A stretch of 63,978 nucleotides of DNA, the filler included, from Lenisia limosa (taxonomy: Eukaryota > Protista > Breviatea), in assembly GCA_001655205.1 (NCBI GenBank). It is 10 parts of 10 records of this genome, joined end to end, with 100 filler letters (N's around TTAATTAATTAA, not from the genome) between each part and the next. Parts side by side here need not be neighbours in the genome. Positions count along the whole stretch, not along the records: positions 1 to 3,630 come from LPNZ01010022.1; positions 3,731 to 19,984 come from LPNZ01006873.1; 8 more parts are not named here. One strand, written 5' to 3'. A program made the translations under genes and the position numbers. The notes beneath the pieces are model-generated. The model searched no databases. It worked only from the letters and a program-made list of their open reading frames with translations, and was not told the DNA's origin. Below are positions 1 to 11,800 of the stretch, one piece after another. Position 1 is the stretch's first letter. Each line of letters opens with the position of its first letter.

Positions 1-81
1 GAGATGCCCACTTACCATATTAGGGTTGGAGGGCTCTTTACATATTACGGTTGACCACTTACCATATTAGGGTTGGCCCAG

Positions 82-3000
82 GTGAAGAACATCAAGGACG
101 TTGATAAGCTCAGCCACCTAGATGAGACCAAGTTATTTGAGGTGTTTGTTGAGGACTACAACACGTGCTCCATGCCCACTGAACAGTGGGGGGGATTGTG
201 GGGGAGTGAAGCTCTATTATTGGTGTTTTTTATTGGTGTTCTAATATCGCCATATATGTAGTTCTATCGAAAAGAATCTCGAATATTGGCGCTGTTAAAA
301 AAAATATAAAAAGTGGTAGAAGTGGTATTTTTATGAACAAAATTAACAATTAAAGGTTAATTTTTTACAACTATAATAGACATTTTTTTAAAGAGCCGCC
401 CCATTTTTCCTCCCATTTCTGGTCACTCACATGATACTCAACAATACCAAAGTGCAGGTTTAAAATACAACTCATGTATCAGATTTTATGATTTTAACTC
501 ATTTTGCAAATAAATACATTGGGTACTACTACAAACAAATTAAAACTTCTCCCATCATTCAAATGAATCTCTAATACCCTCACACTGCAGATTTTACGAC
601 CTCCAAGCCTGGCAATCTCGCCAAGCTAACGACAAGGCCGCTATCATAAAGGAGATCAAGAAGACTGAGAAGGACATGGTCAAAATTGAGGCTAAGTAGG
701 AGGTGTTACAAATTGAGTATATGGGTGTAATAATTCCTTGTACAGAAAAGATAATATACTACATTCTGATTGGAAAAAATATTGAGAGCGACGGAGAGAG
801 AGAGAGAGAGAAGGGGGGGGNNNNNNNNNNNNNNNNNNNNNNNNNNNNNNNNNNNNNNNNNNNNNNNNNNNNNNNNNNNNNNNNNNNNNNNNNNNNNNNN
901 NNNNNNNNNNNNNNCCAATAAGACTGAAACATAGAACATGCTGTGTTGTCTTTTTGAAATATATTTGAAATAAAAGCAACAACAAGAAATGACAATTCAG
1001 GAAGCTCGCAAGGAAGATGAACAAGAAGAAGCTGAAGAAACTGAAGAAGTTGGCTAAAAAGGGGAAGATATCTTCGAGTGAAGAGAAGGAACTCTATAAG
1101 CTGAAAAAGGAAGCGAGTAAGCTTAAGAAGGAAAAGAAGAAGGCTAAGCACATGCGAGAAATCGAGCGTATGATGAATGATGACGTGAGGGAGGGTAGTG
1201 ATAATTAACCCATCCACATAAGTGATTTATAGGGCTAACTTTCGAGTCGAGGTGATGGAAAAGAATAACACGTCGTTGAGACTTGTTAATCAATAACCAC
1301 ACGAGTGAATATGAGGTAAAGTAGCACTGCGCGGAAGATGATGGCTCACACGTGTAAATGTCCCAAAAAGTGATCTTGTCTTCATAACTCCCATAATGTG
1401 CATATATATATACACATTATAAATCCCCCATTTCAACGATGAGAAGCATATATCATCTTATTTCGCATTTCACACTAAACACATGTATTTCAAATGTATA
1501 ATGATATATTCATAGTGTTTCACATTGTAGATCCCGGATTTCAACGATGAGAAGCACGTGGAGTTTGCTGCCAAAAAGGCCGTGGAAACGCGAAAAGAAA
1601 AGGTGGGCAATAAAAATAAAGTAATATGTGACCCCCCTTCTTACTCTCCCCATGGGATGAATGCTACAGAAGTGACTTGCCTGTGCTTTGTTTGTTTTGT
1701 TGGTATCAACCTTCGTGTTTTTTCAGCCAATAGAGTTGATTTGGGCTTTTTGTTTCATAAATTTTCCAATTTTCCTCTCCGATTTTCGAGTCAAAATGAA
1801 GAAAATAACACGTGGGTTTATTCCGAGTGTATCAGAGTATCATTGAGTCTGATAGGTATCATAATACTGTGTGGTAAATGATTGTTCACGTGTTTGAAAA
1901 TGATAAAAAAAAAATGAATATGACCGACTTTCGAGTCGAATTGATGAATGAAGATAGTGTATCAGAGTATCATTGTTGGTCACTGTGTGGAAAATGATTG
2001 TTCACAAGTGTGAAAATGCTCCAAAAAGTGATATTATGGTAACCAATAATTCTGATTTTTTTATTTCATCTCACTCTGTAGGCGGCAGCAGAATATGTTG
2101 TTTTCCTGAAGGAGCAAAATGAACTTGGTTTGGAGGGGGTGATTCTTACCTGTGTGTCAAGAGAAACATCATTACAGAAGCTAGCCTATTTTGATTGGTC
2201 GGAGTAACCCTTTATTTTTACTAATTTTCGAGAAGAGGATTCAAGGAGCTTCACTTTTATTCGAGAGAAGTATCTTTTATTTTATTTATTTATTGTTCCA
2301 GAGAAGCAAGGGTTCAAGGCTCGCGCGTACATCGCACAAGGTTAAGCCATTTGTTTGCGTATGGTACCCTCTTTTGACATTCATTCCCCTTTTTCTTTGA
2401 TTGGTAATCCAGAATCGTTTATGATTCGCTATTTTTCGGAAAAAATTTGTATCGCTTATACAATCAAGCAATACAACAAGGGTTTTGGTAGTCTTTGAAG
2501 ATTTATCGAAAAATGCAATGTTTTTTGACTTAGATACAATACAAAACATACATATAACTAAAAACCGAATTACCAAACATTTCGTCAACGCAGCGGACTT
2601 ATGCGCTCCCATTACACCTCACTCAAATAGTACTTTTCTGCCCTTCACACGACACCCACTATTCGTTCACCTAAGAGGGGGGGGGGGGNNNNNNNNNNNN
2701 NNNNNNNNNNNNNNNNNNNNNNNNNNNNNNNNNNNNNNNNNNNNNNNNNNNNNNNNNNNNNNNNNNNNNTGACGGGATCAACTTGTTTTTAAGGTTGCCA
2801 TTAAAACTGTTAAACATGCAATTAATGTTACAAATGTAATGGACAAATGCCATAAACATCAAATGTGGAGAGATTTAGAGAGATAGAAGCGATAGAAGCC
2901 AGTGTAGAAGAGTATAAGAGCGATATAAGAGAATAACAACAATTTTGTTGACAGTATCGGGCAACAGAATGTGATCGGGACGCTGAACGCCCCCCCGCTC

Positions 3001-3582
3001 TTCCCTTCTCCGCTTGCCTTCCAAACGAGTTCCTCCTAACATCATGGAAGAAGATGAGGACACCGACCCACACTCAGGACTTGCCCCTGTCCCGCCAACC
3101 TTCAAGAATGCGCCTCAAGTTGGGGGGAGGGTGGTGGTAAAACGAAGGAAATTTCAGTGAAATATAATAGCAGGAAGGTAAACGAAGCACTTTTAAGACT
3201 ATTGTCGTAAAGGTGACAGTCACCTGGGGTGGGGTGGGATCAGTCATCTTCCATTTCTTCATCTGTTTATGTGAGGAGACCGGAGGGGTGGGGCTTTAGG
3301 AATCTCATATAAGTGTTATGATGTGGACGGCTTTTTTAATAACTTGTGCCAGATATACTACTATGACTACGGTTTGAGCAAATCCATGTTGAATTTGTCG
3401 GAAACCTGTAATGAATTAAGTGATATATGCGTGATGGTGTGGATGGCCCATATTTTATAATCCAATATAACTTATATGCGTGATGGTGTGGTCAGATATA
3501 ACCTTGTTTTATTTCATCTCCGTACCGTACGTATCGGAGGGTTTCGGTGAGGACTTACCAAGAGCACCCATCACAGCATTTG
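82..3582 (+). CDS. Spliced hypothetical protein with a Lys-rich low-complexity middle; both ends probably truncated
   Basis: GT-AG exons 82-185, 591-695, 1001-1184, 1531-1602 and 2082-2127 join in frame: VKNIKDVDKLSHLDETKLFEVFVEDYNTCSMPTEQFYDLQAWQ...KKLARKMNKKKLKK...IPDFNDEKHVEFAAKK. Further probable exons at 2955-3118 and ~3540-3582. The EDYNT..MP...FYDL motif resembles an uncharacterised eukaryotic family (from recall only). Confidence 0.65.
1238..2035 (+). repeat. Dispersed intronic repeat R3: three copies here (~1238-1378, 1790-1905, 1925-2035) and one at ~12440-12565
   Basis: Shared GTATCAGAGTATCATTG...GTGGAAAATGAT(A/T)GTTCAC(A)CGTGT...AAAAAGTGAT. Confidence 0.7.
1652..1781 (+). repeat. 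Dispersed intronic element R2 copy
   Basis: ATGGGATGAATGCTACAGAAGTGACTTGCCTGTGCTTTG...ATCAACCTTCGTG...CAGCCAATAGAGTTGATTTGGGCTTTTTGTTTCATAAATTTTCC. Confidence 0.8.
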
Positions 3583-3630
3583 GGTGGAGCACAGGGGTTT
3601 GATCAAAACAGAAAAGTGACTATTAATATT

Positions 3631-3730
3631 NNNNNNNNNNNNNNNNNNNNNNNNNNNNNNNNNNNNNNNNNNNNTTAATTAATTAANNNNNNNNNNNNNN
3701 NNNNNNNNNNNNNNNNNNNNNNNNNNNNNN
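3631..3730. other. Artificial scaffold linker N44-TTAATTAATTAA-N44; the same 12-mer core recurs at 20029, 25713, 34470, 40357, 43250, 51664, 53380 and 59511
   Basis: An identical 100-nt spacer with stops in all six frames. Genes are cut mid-structure at each occurrence. Confidence 0.97.
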
Positions 3731-3735
3731 TACAC

Positions 3736-5440
3736 TTTTTGCTCCTGAGCCACGGCAATGAACTCGCTGTTATGAAGGAACCTGGGGAATAAAACAAATG
3801 AATTTTCGATGAAAAATATTGGCGTAAAGGTACCTGGGGGTAAGATGGGGTGAGGGGAGGATTTAGATATGACGGGGGTGGGGTAAGAGTAGTGCTTCAC
3901 TTCGATTCGAAAAAAGACTGAATTTCTCGATAACTCCTCGAAAACTATCGATATTTTACTGGTCTTTTTTGAACCGAAGTGGGGCCGTGGGTGGGCGACG
4001 ACTGAGGAGAGGTTGCAGATTGTGAGTAAACTAGCAAATTAGGACCCTTAAGGGGGTGCGGGTGATTTGGTGGGAGGAAAGGGGGGAGGGGGAGTAAAAA
4101 TGGACATTTTGTGAAACAAAAACAAAAGCCCATAATCAACTATGATAACAATAACACACGAGGGTTGAATGACAAAACAAAACAAAGCCCAGGCCAGTCG
4201 CTTCTGTAGCACCGCATCCCATCAAGAACTGAATTTCTCGATAAATCTTCGATAAATATTAATGCTTGAGTCTTTTTCCGACCATAGGAAACCCTACTGC
4301 CCCCCCCTCCCACTGGACATCACGGATGGTGTCGTTGACGTTGATTTCGGTGACAAGCTTCAGCCGCTTCCAATCAAACATAGTGATGTGCCCCTTACGC
4401 CCTGCAAGGGCAAGGCGGCTACAAAGATCACGAGTTGACCGTTGATACGCAAAGAGAATGGTATAATGTGGAAATAGAAAGCTGAGTGGTTATTCCGTAC
4501 ATAATCAAATATAAAGCTGGTTGGTTAATCCGCACATAATTAAATACAAAGCTGGGTGACCCTACTTTCCATCTCTTGAATAAGACACGTTATAGGGTCC
4601 GAGTTCCTTCATGTCCAATGAAAACATCTATAACGGTGATAAAGCCACAACTAAACACACAACGTTATACACATGAATAACTATAAAGATAATCCCTTTG
4701 TCTTTTGTCAGATACCCCCGCTTGAATAGAGTCAATTAACCCCCCCCCCCACCTTGGCTTGGGTTGCAGTATCAACTTCTTCCTTGAGTACTTTCTGTGT
4801 CATGTGGTATGTCCGTTCATCCTTATCCTCGGTCATCAGAAGCCTGGGAGGAGTTATAACTGTTGTTGTTGTTGCTGCTGCTGCTACTGTTGTTGTTGTT
4901 GTTGTTGCTGTTGTTGCTGTTATTTGTTGGCTAAGCATTTGATAACATCCACTCATACATACATATAAGGGTTTACAAGATCACATCAACAACAAAAAGA
5001 GCAGCATAAAGCACGCCAACAAGAATTCTTGTAAAAAGTCCAGACACCATTACCCCCATCCCACCCATCAACTTCTCCAAGAAGGAAGTCAGATTTAGCT
5101 GCCGCTTCTGCTGCCCTCTTGTGGGCTTTACTGTCCAGCTGGCTTTTCTTGAAGATGGTTTCCTAGAGACATAAGCAAGCCGAAAGGTGGCATATGGTTC
5201 TTACATCTTCCTTGATAAGACCGCTGGTCTTGCGATATTTCGATGCATTTGTCTAAAGAAGATGTTAGAAGGAGTCAGATAGGAGAGAGGTGCCCTTACC
5301 CCAAGGCTGACGACGATGTCAGCTCCGTCTTTGGTTCTAACCTGGCTGCGAATCTCTTGATCCGCTTTTCTTCTTATTTCCTCAGCTTTATAAGCCTTAT
5401 TTTTAGACCTGTTGGTCTTATTCTGATTCGGTTCCACCAT
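3736..5440 (-). CDS. UTP7: U3 snoRNP/SSU processome WD40 protein UTP7 (WDR46/BING4), 3' truncated
   Basis: Spliced exons give ...AAEAAAKSDFLL..GLLMTEDKDERTYHMTQKVLKEEVD..MFSLDMKELGPYNVSYSRDGK.RLALAGRKGHITMFDWKRLKLVTEINVNDTIRDVQ.FLHNSEFIAVAQ, matching the Utp7 pattern (LGPY....R.G..L...GRKGH). ATG at 5438-5440. Confidence 0.9.
3892..3987. mobile_element. ~95-bp MITE (family M1), degenerate copy in a UTP7 intron
   Basis: Termini GTGCTTCACTTCGATTCGAAAA ... TTTTGAACCGAAGTGGGGCC with the shared core. Confidence 0.75.
4075..4232 (-). repeat. R2 copy, sense to UTP7
   Basis: The reverse complement reads GATGGGATGCGGTGCTACAGAAGCGACTGGCCTGGGCTTTGTTTTG...CAACCCTCGTGTGTT...GTTGATTATGGGCTTTTG...TTTTACTCCCCC. 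Confidence 0.8.
4858..4925. repeat. (GTT)n/(GCT)n microsatellite in a UTP7 intron
   Basis: Directly visible in the sequence. Confidence 0.9.
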
Positions 5441-5818
5441 TCAAGATGTCTTTTAGAAATCTATGGTCTTTTTTAAGCTTTTACTTGAAAAATAAACAAC
5501 AACACACCCAACAACCAAGTCAAAAAGGGTTTTCTTGAAAAATAAAAAAGTTTTTATATTTTGCGACCGCGCAAGCGGAACTGCGTCCGGTCCGGACGGA
5601 CTATCCGAGCCAACGGACTTTTCTGTCCGTGTTTTCTCATTATAAGCGTAAAATGAAGGATCAACTTTTGAAATTATATTCTCATTTTTATTTTGATCTT
5701 AAATACCGCTGAACTGCTTTCATAAATAAAGTACTTTCAGAGTTACTAGCTTATCTTCAAACACAGTTTTCTTCCTGCCTATCCCTCGGTCTTATTACTT
5801 GATTCTCAAGAATAAAGC

Positions 5819-8800
5819 ATGGTTGAGGGGACGGATAGCCAAACGGACGCCACCCCTTCCAAGAATGAAGTGGGCTTTTTGCTGTTTGATCGTTGCCTTT
5901 TTGATGAAAGTCCAAGATTCTCATGTTTTAGGAGTCTCCCCAATCATCTCCAGTTCCAATGATTAAGTCACATTTCTTCTCTTCGCTTATTGCACACCAT
6001 CCCTGCAAGATCGTGGGCGGATTCAGGCTGATATCCGAAACATGCCTAAAACGTCAAAGACAGCACCTTCTTATTTTCTTTAGATTTGGGGCGTTATCGC
6101 CATTTGCTTTCTTGCCATTGTTATTGCCGTTGTCATCGACCCCGTTGAAGTGAGGGGTGGTGCTAGAGGGTTGCTTCTTTCTACTTGCCTTTTAGAATCT
6201 TTTCAATCATTTGTCTATTTCAGCCATAGCCTCTCATAGGTATTCTTTATATGGGGATATAAGCATTTTGGATTTATAGGGGAAGACAGAGGCCTTACCA
6301 AATGTGTATGAAAACCTACTTTGTATGAAATGCTAAACAAACTTTGTTTTTGTGTTTTTCTTTGAAAATTCAATGATTATTTGTGTTGCTTTGTTTCATG
6401 TCGTAATGCCACATTACTGAATCAATTCAATTTTCACAATTTGCCTTTGCTCCCCACAGTGTACTCGCTTCAGTATTTTCATTATCCCATTTGCTCATTC
6501 TAAAATACATACAATGTTGGTGTTTCTGACATAATATTATTTCTCATTATTCTATAAGAAATGTATAATATACATATTATCAGATTATAGTGAGGTTAGC
6601 ACGTTTCTAGATGTACTTAAATGTAACAAATTTGATTTAAATGAGTCTCTTCTGTTATAAATGTATCATGTATCGATACGATATAATGTGAGATACTCTT
6701 TGAGTTTTGTATATTGTTCATATGAATAATGCACAGAGTCATCACGTTGTAATATACTGACTCGATCCAGCAAGGCTTCGGAGAGTTTTTAGCCCGAAGC
6801 TCCGAGTCTGCTGAGAACTACGATGCGATGTTCATGCTCTCTTCCGAGGTCGACCCTCTGGATAACACCATATTGGTGGGTGGTGGTCTTAGATTTCAGC
6901 AGGATGTATTCTTTACTAATATCATGTCATACACCAGAAACAACTATTTTTTATAATACTCATCTTTTATCCTTATCCTTTCTTAACATCTGTAGAAACA
7001 AGCTCAACAATCCCAAAACGTCTTCTCTATGGAGCTGATCTTTCGTGACGAGGATGATAATCAGGTTTGTGACTGCTCTTTAATCCGAGAGGGACTGGTA
7101 AAATATCAATAGTTTTGAGACTCTTTACAGAAGACTGAGTAATATATGAATACATATAGTATGATATTAATAGTATTTTTTCATTGCACCCAAGTTTGAT
7201 TACAAATACAGTCTGTGGGCGGCGTCCTCGTACACCCTTGTAATTTTCATATTCTCTATATGATAATGATGTGGATGGCCCCACCCCTCACCATTCAGAT
7301 TCTCACCGAAGAGCGTCTTGCTGAGATCAGAGACCACGCGAATAGCCTGGTTGATGTTGAGGACTTTGACAAGCATTGCTGGAAGCTTGAAGGACGTGAG
7401 GGGAGTATAGAGCTGGCATTGCCTTTTTTGAGCTTCATCGTGCAATATTGGTATTGAGGATTTGTTCAGAACTCAGTCTCCTTTCTAAAACCTGAAGTGA
7501 AGTTCAAGTTTCGATATGCCTCTATGTTGAAAAGCTCACGTGATATGCGATTCAATAATAGTCGTTCTGATTTTCACATTGATTATGGGTTTCTATTTTC
7601 AGTCTCATACAAAATGAAGTTCTAACATCAACAGAATGCGTGAATCCCTTCACCCCCTGGGACCACTTCTACCATTCCAACGGGACTCTACGTGCCCCCA
7701 TCAATGAGCAGATGGCCTTCTTGGCCTCCAGTGGTATGGACTACTTCCTCGGCGATGAAGCTTCCTTGAGTATGTCGGGTTTATTTGAGGGGTTTACAGC
7801 TTCACCTAGATAAACCGTCTTTTTTGGGAGTCATTTGCTTTGATATGACTATTTTTTGAACATCACTTCTCTTTACACTCGTGTTTTTATAACAGGGTTG
7901 TTTTATTCGGGGGGGGGGGGGGNNNNNNNNNNNNNNNNNNNNNNNNNNNNNNNNNNNNNNNNNNNNNNNNNNNNNNNNNNNNNNNNNNNNNNNNNNNNNN
8001 NNNNNNNNNNNNNNNNNNNNNNNNNNNNNNNNNNNNNNNNNNNNNNNNNNNNNNNNNNNNNNNNNNNNNNNNNNNNNNNNNNNNNNNNNNNNNNNNNNNN
8101 NNNNNNNNNNNNNNNNNNNNNNNNNNNNNNNNNNNNNNNNNNNNNNNNNNNNNNNNNNNNNNTTTGAAGAGCAGCATCACCCGCTGTCTGTTCTACTACG
8201 CACTGCCTATTGACGGCTATGACCGTTCTGGCGTGGTATGCAGTGGTGCTGGACAAAAATTTCAGGAAATTATTCTGTGGGATGGAGGGATATATCTGAA
8301 TAATTATTATGGACTCTATTCCTCATGTCAAATTAACCTTCCCAGCCCCCCGCTACTACCTGGGACTTCTCCAATGACGATCTGTTTCTTGACCAAGAAG
8401 AAGTGGGTGGGTGAATTACCCTTAAACCAAAAGGATAAACATGTTATCCAACTTGCAATTAACCTGATACATTAACCTTTATTACAATGCCCCCTTACTC
8501 TCCTTTCACTACCCCTAAGAATTGATGAAAGAACTAGTATTTGGTATTTAGACCCCACCCCCCGTGCGCCCTAGATTTTTTACGTCTTTTTCAGGTCTTT
8601 GACGACTGGATCCAAGGAGAAACCTGGAAAAAACTCAAGGCCATGTCTTCTGAAAGCGGCCTTACTGTGGGGGTATAATTGTATTTTTTTGTGTTTTTCC
8701 TTGGGGTGGTATCCCTTTGTATTAAAATACCTCTCCTCTTTTCCGAGTACGAGTTATTATTGTTTTTTGAAGACGGGCTTTATTAGTTGCAAAGGGACGA

Positions 8801-11800
8801 TGGGCATATTTCATAACCAAGGTCTTATTTGTGAGCTCACACCTTCCATCCTCAAAATCCTTCATTGTTTTAGATTCTGTGGTTCTCCAAGTCACTCTTC
8901 TGGGCTGAGCTTTTTGAGCTAATTGAAGAAGATATGAGTAAGCCACCCTAGTACAGTTCTGTCAAAATTTATTTTGAAATCTTTTTAGGAATACAGATCA
9001 GATGTAATTTATTACTTTTTGCTGCTCGCAGTATTCTGTGATGTAAAATGCTCTTTCTCCATTGACTCATATCACTATCAAGAGCTTCATTGCTTTCACC
9101 CAGTTCTCCTTTTACTCCATCGTAACATTGATTTCCGTTTTACCTGGCAGTTTTAGCGTCGGTAGCGATACTGTTGGTGTGCGCCATCGTAGGGCTTCAC
9201 ACCCGTTCTGCGTACCTTACTGCTATGGGCATTTTGCACATTCTTGTGAGGAGGGAGGGGCTAAACGAAGGATATTTCGACGAATATTTAAGAAGAGTGG
9301 TGTAAAACAAAGGATAGTTTTTGAAGGTGTAGGGAGGAGGTAAAACGCTATTTTGATTATAATGGACATATTTTTTACAAAACTCAATTAACACAAAATG
9401 TCAGCTAAAAACCCTAAGGAGAGTGACCTTTGGTAGTAGTGTTAAGTACTAGTGTACTATTGACAAAGAAATAAGGCGGAAAGTTGCTTCTTGACTTTTT
9501 ATTCCATTTTTATTTTATGTTTGACATAAATTCATAAATAACGTTTTTCTCTTTTCATCGATATATATTTTAGGATTCAAACTGATCCCCCTGACTTTTC
9601 AGCTTGCTATCCCCCTTTCACTGGTGTTCTACCACAGCGTGCTCGGGATCAGAATTCTGCCATCAATGGCGTACATGGGCGTTTTCGTCATTCTTGGAAT
9701 CGGGTAGGCCTCAGGGCATTTTCGCTATATGACTATCCCTAGGGGTTCCATTCAGTCCTAAAAATGACTGCATTTCTCAATAAATCCTCGATAAATATCG
9801 ATATTTGACCGGTCTTTTTAAGACCATAGGAAAGCTCTACATATCCACCACTTACCTTAATAGGAACAATTGTCATATTTTGAAGGGACTTTGAAGTTAA
9901 AATACTCAAATGTGATATGGTTTATAAAAATAAATCTAGGGCTTTGTCGTGTTAAAAGAAACCTATGTTTTATTTCCGTATCCATTCATCTTGTCCATGT
10001 TCATCTTGTCCAAAATTCACCTCTCAGTGCTGACGATATTTTCGTTTTCCTTGACGGTATGGTGGGATAGGTCGGGGCTAATCTGGATCTTTTTCGCTTG
10101 GATTTGATATTGTCATAATTATTGACTGTTGCCTTTGTTTGTTGTCACATTTTCACAATGGGATAATGGGATGATATTCTTGTGAATTAATTTGTATCCT
10201 TGGTTGTATTTCAAATTAAATGATGGTGTGTTTAGCTTGGTACCCACTTTATAGCTATTTCTGTACATTTGTTTGCCATATTCTTGAAATGGAACCACAG
10301 TTTTGACCGTGTTAATCCCACAGCTTGGAGGCAATCGCATGCTGTTGGGGAGGAAATCCAGAAATCTCTTGAGTTAAAAATGGTAGGGCCTGATGCTGGC
10401 TTTTGGTGAATACATTTACGATATTATACTATTTTATTGCAATAATCATAATTAAGTTTTTTTTGAAAAAGAGTAATAATATACATTAGAAATCTAGGAA
10501 AACAAACAATAACACCACAGACATTCGCATTCAATAGGGCGTCACATGCCATGGCCATTACTACCGCTACCACAGCTCTTGCATTCTTGGCGTCACTCTG
10601 GTATGTGCCCTCCCATACACTTTGTCCCTTTGGTACATATTCATATTTTATACCCTTCCCTACCCCTTGTATTTTATGTCTTCTGCCCTTCTTATTTGAT
10701 TTGTTGGTTTAAACCTTGTGTTTCTCAAATATTGTATCCAACAGAGCTGATTGTTTTGGTTCAATATTTTTACCCAAATTTTCTTTTCATCTCAAAACAA
10801 TCAAAGACACAATAAGGCTTCTAATACAGTAAGGCTTCTAATGTAACCCACTCAAGGTCTCCTATCCCCTCGATCTACAGTCTGGGTCTCTTCACTGCCC
10901 TGCTCATCTTCTTCAACTACATCCTTGTCGTCACCATCTTCCCCGCAAACATCATCATTTGGCACAAGTAAGAGAATTGTTCATAATCAATTATATAGAT
11001 ACATATTCACTTCGGTCGAAAAAAGACCGAAATTTTCGATAAAATCTCGAAAACTGTCGATTCTTTTTGGATTTTTTCGAACCGAAGTGAAGCCCTATAT
11101 ATGAGTAATGGAGTGGCGGATTCGATCAAATACTTCAGTCAATTAATGTCATTATATTTGACTTCGGCCAAGAATACAATACTCAGTATCTTGTTTTGCG
11201 TGATGGCATACACGGCTTTGGCCGGATAGTATTGTCCTTCCCTTATACCGTTCTGTAAATATCCGTGCACTTCTGATGGTCATATTTTGATGTAAGTGAA
11301 CTACTGTCAATAATCTAAGAGGGGACACGGTTGCCAAATACTCTGATTTCAAATTTCGCGAATCAGTTTCACTTACCATTTTGCTTTGCTATTTTGGAAT
11401 TTACTCTTATGTCAACTGCAGGGTACTTTTTTAATCCAGTGTAGACACTGGGAGAATAAGACCGGCTTCTGCACGTGTTGTTCTGAAGAGAAGGAGGTGA
11501 GACAATAAGCCTATCACCACTACTATGACATGACATACACCAAATAATCGATTAGACCACCGTCACTCCAGCGCCAGTTGCCGCTCCCCAATCTGGACCG
11601 GAAATAGATCCTGCCACTGCTGCCGAAGGCGATGCTGTGGACCCTTATGGTGGGGGGTAAGCAGTGCTAATAAAGTGTAGCATATGGGGTGGTTTGCCAT
11701 GGTGGGTGATAAGGAATCTATTACACACTCATATTGTATAGTATGCTTGAGGACGTGATGTTGTAGATCAAGGAGAGAGATGTTGTCATATCGATATATC

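Noticed and set aside
1017-1208. Stop at 1206-1208 as the end of the first gene
   Set aside because: A typical donor (GTGAGGGAGG at 1185) precedes it, and downstream exons continue in frame.
4732-4968. Poly-Cys, poly-Thr and poly-Val ORFs
   Set aside because: They are translations of a (GTT/GCT)n microsatellite in a UTP7 intron.
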